The position numbers and the translations under genes were made by a program. A stretch of DNA of 56,672 bases from Lama guanicoe (Eukaryota): the NCBI GenBank assembly GCA_013239625.1, contig MU056050.1, forward strand, positions 7,686,483 to 7,743,154, given 5' to 3'. Position 1 is the first letter of the stretch, and each line of letters starts with the position of its first letter. Positions 50,769 to 56,672 of the stretch are shown here, piece after piece. Below the pieces are notes generated by a model. It was given only the letters and a program-made list of their open reading frames with translations, was not told where the DNA came from and did no database searches.

Positions 50769-51699
50769 GTTCCTTCTCTTCTCTCCCCTTTTGTTTCTTT
50801 GATGAAAAAAGAGGGGGAAAAATGAACAGCTTCGTTCACTGCAAAGAAAAGCAGCCAGAATGCCAGAATGATGCTGATGCTGTGATTAGGAGTCAGGAGC
50901 TGAGAGAACCAATATTTCTTACCCAGTGGCATATAAAATTCAAAGTTCATAAAATCTTTATTTACAAGATTGTACACTTCTATCAAAGGGTCGACCACAT
51001 CTTATTTGTCTCTATAATCACATGGCTTGGTGAATGGTGGAAAATTCAGAAGACATCAATGAAGCTTACAGATAATTTCACATGGCCACAATTTTATACT
51101 AAACAGGACTTACTTTGGAGATTCCAAGGAAGGAAAGTTTGAAAATTAGATAACTAGATAACTAGATCTCAAAATTTACTTGCAGACTAAAAGCAAAGTT
51201 TGGGCTAGGCAATCTTCAAGAGCTGAAGAATGTTACTGACATAGAGTGGTGATTAGTATCTGGGCAGGCTAAGTGCCATTACATAAAGAAGTCTAATTTC
51301 TTGCTCTGTATTTTTATCACAGGTTCCAGATGGAGAATTGGATCATAAATTTAATGAACCCCTCTTGTAAGAATTTGTAGTAGATAGGAGGGTGGTTTTT
51401 ATCAAAGCTTAAGCGGTAAAGACAAAGGGACAAGATATGAGGTTGTCATAGGAACCTCTTTGCCCTCAAAGGCCATAAGCAGGATTAAATAATGGCCATG
51501 GAGCACACTAGCAAGACTAGGGACAGGAGAAGAACAAGATGGAAAAGAAAATAAGCAGGAGTAGGAGATAGGGGAAGAAAGAAAGAAAAGAAAGGGGATG
51601 CTAGTGTAAACACTAGAAACTTTAATTACTCCATAGTCATGGTTTACCAATCTCTGAACCCTCTCCATCTAATGATGTGATCTCCAGCCATAGTCAGGC

Positions 51700-53730
51700 A
51701 ACAGATATTTATTAAGTGTCTGTTCTATACCACCTATTGTGATAGATGTTGTGGGTGACACAAATATGATTAGAACACAGGGTGAAAAAGAGCTTTCAGT
51801 CTGCCAAAGAAGGCTGATGGTTTTATTCTAAGGTGGGATGAAAAATGATGAGGTATTCAAACAAAGTGCTCAAGTTAGAAGAAGCAGAGGAGAATTCTTA
51901 GAGGAGGTAGCATTTGAGATGTTTTTTAAAAGGTGCAAAGGACTTCAGTAGGTGAGATTGGGAGAGGACATTCAAGGCAGAAGAAATGGACTGAGCAGAG
52001 AACCAGGAAGAGTGTATAATATGAATAAAATAATAGCAAACTCCTGCTCCTTCTTTGTTGTTGTTGTTTTCTAAGCACCAGGCACTGTGCTAAGCACTCT
52101 AGATGCATTACCTCATTTAATTCTTATAATAAGCCTATATGGTAGGATTCCACTACTATCCCTATTTTATAAATAAGGAAACTAAGACCAGAGAGGCTAT
52201 ATAAGTAGTCCAATATTATACAACTATGAAGTGGCAGAACCAGGTTTCGAACTTGGGCCTATCTGAGTCCAGCGCCCATGCATGCAACTAACCAATAGAC
52301 TATTTGCAAGTCAGCTTATGGAAAGGAGTGAAAAAAGCACAGTGTGGCTGGAGCACAGAGCATATGGAAAGGAGAAATGACAGATTCAGCCAAACTGTGA
52401 AGCATCTAATTGGCAGCATAAGATGTAGGGACTGGATCCTGTAAACAATGGGAAACCATGGGAAATTTTAAAGTAGTGAAGTGACAGTCAAAGTGATGCT
52501 TTAAGAATATTAATCTGTCAGCAGTGCAGAGGATGGATGGGAAAGGAGATAAACTGGAGGCAGTTAAGAGACTATTGCAATACAATAGCCTGGGTGTGAG
52601 GTAGTGTATTAAGCACTTTAACTAAGAAAGCCAAAGAGAGGAATAGACAGAGGAAAGGCATTGTGAAGGAAAAGAAAAATAAGTTCGTGACTAACCGGAT
52701 GTGGGTGTTGAGGGAGAGGAAGGGGTAGAAATTAAATAAAGAACACTGTAGAATAGATAAACAAGATTATACTGTATGGCACAGGGAAGTATACACAAAA
52801 TGTTATGGTAGCTCACAGAGAAAAAAATGTGACAATGAGTGTGTATATGTCCATGTATGACTGAAAAATTGTGATGAACACTGGAATTTGACACAACATT
52901 GTAAAATGATTATAAATCAATAAAAAATGTTTAAATAAATAAATAAATAAATAAAGGACGCTGAGGTTTGGAGACTTTCTAATTAGAAAAATGGTGATTC
53001 CAGTCACAGAGAGTGGGACTGCTATCCTGGAGAGAAGTTTGGACTTGAGATTGAAACTGGGAGAAATTTCAAAAGAGTGATCCTTGCAACTTCAGAAATG
53101 AATAAAATCAACTTGGGGAGAGACAACATCCAATGGTAAAAGCTTGGGGGGTTGCCTCCATTGAATTGATGTGGCAAAGAGGGGCACTTATAATGGAGAT
53201 AGATGAAAGATGTCGTTGGAGAGGGGAGAGAAACAAGAAATTGTGAGAAAGGGATTTCGAGTAGGTTGAGTGATCAACATTGTCAACATGGTAGAGGGGT
53301 GTGAGAAAAAGAAAGATGAGAAAATACTATTTATATGGGTGATTAGATCATCTATAGTGATTGACAAGGAGCAGTTCCATAATAGAACCAGATTTCAAGG
53401 GGATAAAGATGAGAAAGAGTAGGGGTCACACATTGGAGACTGTGGGTGTAGAAAATGCTCAGGAGAGTTTTTTTTGTGTGGTGAAATTAAAGGAGCAAAA
53501 TAAATACTTAAGGGGTGCTAGGACTATTGAAAGGTCTTCTTAAGGTAAGCATGATCCTAGAACATTTGTTAGCTGAAGGAAAATGTTTATTAAGTAACAA
53601 TTGCTAGTGCAGATGTAGAGATTAAAATTTGGGGCCAGGTCAAGGGTGATAGTGACAAGAATGAGATCCTGATGAATGCGAGAAAAGGTAGAATCAAGAG
53701 CTAAGTGGAATGTTTACTTTGGCAAATATG
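51700..53730 (-). mobile_element. LINE-2 remnants interrupted by a MIR (~52070-52290) and a short L1 (52749-52947)
   Basis: CAACAGATATTTATTAAGTG...; CAATGGGAAACCATGGG; GGAGGCAGTTAAGAGACTATTGCAAT; MIR core TATAAATAAGGAAACTAAG. Confidence 0.65.
52749..52947 (+). mobile_element. Very short young LINE-1 3' end with (AAAT)n tail and TSD
   Basis: Similar to 40142-40310 and to the reverse complement of ~56215-56405. Flanks TAAATAAAGAACACTG and TAAATAAAGGACGCTG. Confidence 0.9.
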
Positions 53731-54094
53731 GGGGTGATATCGACTTTTTTGGAAAATTAAAAAAAAAGTCCAACTAAAATTACAGAAATATTTGGATATG
53801 GAGAGATGGCATTAAACTGGAAACATTCCAGATTTTCATGGAAATTTGTGCACCATGCAACTGATGTCTTGATGTTATCAATAGATTATCTGGAGAAGGG
53901 AAGGAGAGTGAGCATGGGACTAAGAGCTTCTGGAGAGTGTCCCCGGCAACTGGCACAGTGTCTGGCACACAGAGAGCTCAATAAATACTTTTTGAATAAA
54001 TAAGTGAATAAGTGGACAAGATCTAGAAGAATCACTATGAAACATGAGCTATGAAAAATGAATTATTTATTCATGGAAAATGAATAAAAATATT

Positions 54095-54370
54095 GCATAA
54101 CAACACCCACCAGAATGGCTAAGATGATAAAGATAAATGATACCAGAATTGGTGAGGACATGGAGCAGCTGGATTGTTCATACACTGTCAAGGGAGTGTA
54201 AATTGGTACAGGCACTTTGGAAAACTCTGGCAAGCAATATATACTAAAGTTAAGCATATGCATGCCCCATGACCAAGCAATTCCACTTCTAGGTATATAC
54301 CCAAGAAGCTAATACTAAATACTAATATGCATTAGTTCACCAAAATACATGAATAAGAATGCTCATAGCA
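54095..54370 (+). mobile_element. Old LINE-1 (L1M-type) ORF2 C-terminal fragment
   Basis: CACCCACCAGAATGGCTAA...GGTGAGGACATGGAGCA...CACTTTGGAAAAC...CAATTCCACTTCTAGGTATATACCCAAGA. Confidence 0.8.
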
Positions 54371-56212
54371 AGACATAGAAAACTATATACTCATAAATGT
54401 TAGATGATCTGCCTGTGGGTGATTAGGTAGTAGAGCTCATATTTGAACTCAGGGCTTTCTTACTATAAAGTCTATGCACTCGCCTCCAAACCACATTACT
54501 ATAATAAATGGATATCATTTATTATATCCAGGACTTTACATGTATTGTTGGTAATCTTCACAATCTTGCAATATATGTAGTATTACCTACATTTTACAGA
54601 TTGGTAAACTGAGGGTTAGAATTTACTTGCACAAATTCACACAACTAGCAAATGATGGATGTATTTTTCCCACCCAAGAGTTAAAGTGTGAACTCAAATT
54701 TACCTGGCTCCAAAAACCCATGATTTTTCTCTTCTATCAAAGGGTGGTGGATTTTCTCAAGTTTTGAGAAGTTTTAAGAAGGGAGTACATTCACAAAAAT
54801 ACCAAAAAAGAGGAAGTAAAATGGACTGATGTGGTTGGAAACATAAGAAGGGTTCAGTGAAAGAATCCTGGTTAACCTGGTCTTTATTGACCAAAAGGCA
54901 AAGATCAAAGCCACAGCCAAGAAATGTCCTTCCCCATCTTTCTACCTGTTACCTGCTCATTTTATTGTAAGAGCCTTGGAGCCAATGATGGCTCTAGGTA
55001 TACTGGTGAAGTAGACAACTATTGTTATAGCAGTATCCACACTACTCCTTTTTCAATCCTCTCACCTATTATAGACAACGCTCTAACTCATATATAACAC
55101 ACACACACATATGTGCACATGCATGCATGCACAGACCTCTAAAACTATTTCGTTAACAATCTAACTTTTCATTGCAAAGGACTTGTTAAATACTAGAAGA
55201 AGTGTTCATGCCTGAGGTAACTTATTGGCTTTAACCATCCAGCTCAGGAATACAGATCAAAAACAATCCCTACTCACTTGGGTTTCAGTTCTGATTCCCT
55301 TCTTACAGAGGGTGTTCAGAGGTGGCAAGTATATTTGACTCTAGTTCTTTCCCATGCCAGGAGTACTAGAATATCACTAGTGTAATCTTAATTCATCATA
55401 TCCTAGTATCTTTTCCCTAAAGATGTCCCTTCCTGATCTTGAATCATTACTTTAAATGGAAGCAATTCTGGGAGGAGAGATTCTAACCAAGATGGACTGA
55501 GCCCCAGAGAGCAAGACAAATTTTGAGGACACCAAGTTGGGTGTAGAGGTACTGATCTTTGCCGAGTCTTCCCTTACTCCAAAACCAGAACCCTGCAGCA
55601 CAAGCCCTGTTGCTCTCTGTGCCTTCTCTCACCCTCCCTCTCCCAAGTGAGGTGTCTCAGGCTCAGAAGATGTGAATTAGTTGTCATGGTAACCTGTGAC
55701 TGTGCCTGGTAGCCTCTTCTCGCAGCCAGTTCTAGGCCCTGGACATCTGTTCTCAGTTCACCTCTTCTAATGTTCCCAAATCTAAGCCCAGGGCATATGC
55801 CAAGTTCCCCAGTAACTGTGTATAGGTGGTGCAGAGGCCTTCACCTGCATCCAAGGTAAAAGGAACAAGAAAGAGGAAATGGAGTAACAGGAAAGCAGCG
55901 TTCTTAAAAAGAGTTCTCTGAGGACAAGGAGGCCAGGACTACTAATATAAGTTAATTAACAGCTTACTTCCTGCCAGTCACAGTGATGTCCTGTCCCTTA
56001 TTTCATTTAATTCCCTAAAGCAACATTATGAAATAAAAATCATTATTCTGATACACTGTAGGGATGAGACAAATGGAAACTCAGGGAGGCAAAGTGATTT
56101 GCCCAACATTGCTCAGCTGTGATTTTTAACTTAGTTCTTTTTTTTTTTCCAGCATAAATGAGACTTTATTTTAGTTTATGAAGTTGAAATGTTTCCTTTC
56201 ACTTGGTCCTAA

Positions 56213-56672
56213 ATTTTTTTAACATTTTTTATTGATTTATAATCATTTTAAATTGTTGTGTCAAATTCCAGTGTTCAGCATACTTTTTCAGTCATTCATG
56301 GACATATACACACTCATTGTCACATTTTTTTTGTCTGTGAGTTATCATAACATTTTGTGTATATTTCCCTATGCTATACAGTGTAATCTTGTTTATCTAT
56401 TCTACAATTTTGAAATCCCAGTCTATCCCTTCCCACCCTCCACCCCCCTGGTAACCACAAGTCTGTATTCTCTGTCTGTGAGTCTATTTCTGTCCTGTAT
56501 TTATGCTTTGTTTTTGTTTGTTTGTTTTTGTTTTTGTTTTTTAGATTCCACATATGAGCGATCTCATATGGTATTTTTCTTTCTCTTTCTGGCTTACTTC
56601 ACTTAGAATGACATTCTCCAGGAGCATCCATGTTGCTGCAAATGGCATTATGTTGTCGGTTTTTATGGCTGA
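56213..56672 (-). mobile_element. Young LINE-1 3' end, continuing beyond the window
   Basis: Reverse complement of the same 3' UTR and ORF2 C-terminus seen at 39870-40320 (CTGGCTTACTTCACTTAGAATGACATTCTCCAGGAGCATCCATGTTGCTGCAAATGG). Confidence 0.95.

Noticed and set aside
50702..51142. 146-aa ORF
   Set aside because: It starts inside a MIR, has no recognisable domain and has no splice or codon support.
1..56672. CRISPR arrays, rRNA/tRNA genes, prokaryotic operons
   Set aside because: None seen. The sequence is mammalian, and the short tandem repeats are simple microsatellites without spacers.

Overview
Mammalian genomic DNA: AT-rich, CpG-poor, and largely made of interspersed repeats (L1, L2, MIR, MaLR LTRs, hAT MITEs). 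The young L1 3' ends look cetartiodactyl-like, possibly camelid (inference). The only host genes are two intronless class II olfactory receptor (OR) sequences in tail-to-tail orientation. The + strand OR (24315-25240) is a clear pseudogene: GTG at the expected start, a 1-bp deletion and degenerate motifs. The - strand OR (41513-42461) is nearly intact but has a +1 frameshift in an A7/T7 run plus a few damaging changes. The first ~9.5 kb is a stack of nested L1/LTR insertions. The structures the standard features do not explain are a diverged ~300-bp direct repeat pair (30858-31180 and 32065-32640) and an O/E + homeodomain motif cluster between the two copies, a possible OR regulatory element. 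I see no convincing evidence of a novel biological system. All repeat family names come from recognising consensus sequences by eye, and their boundaries are approximate.
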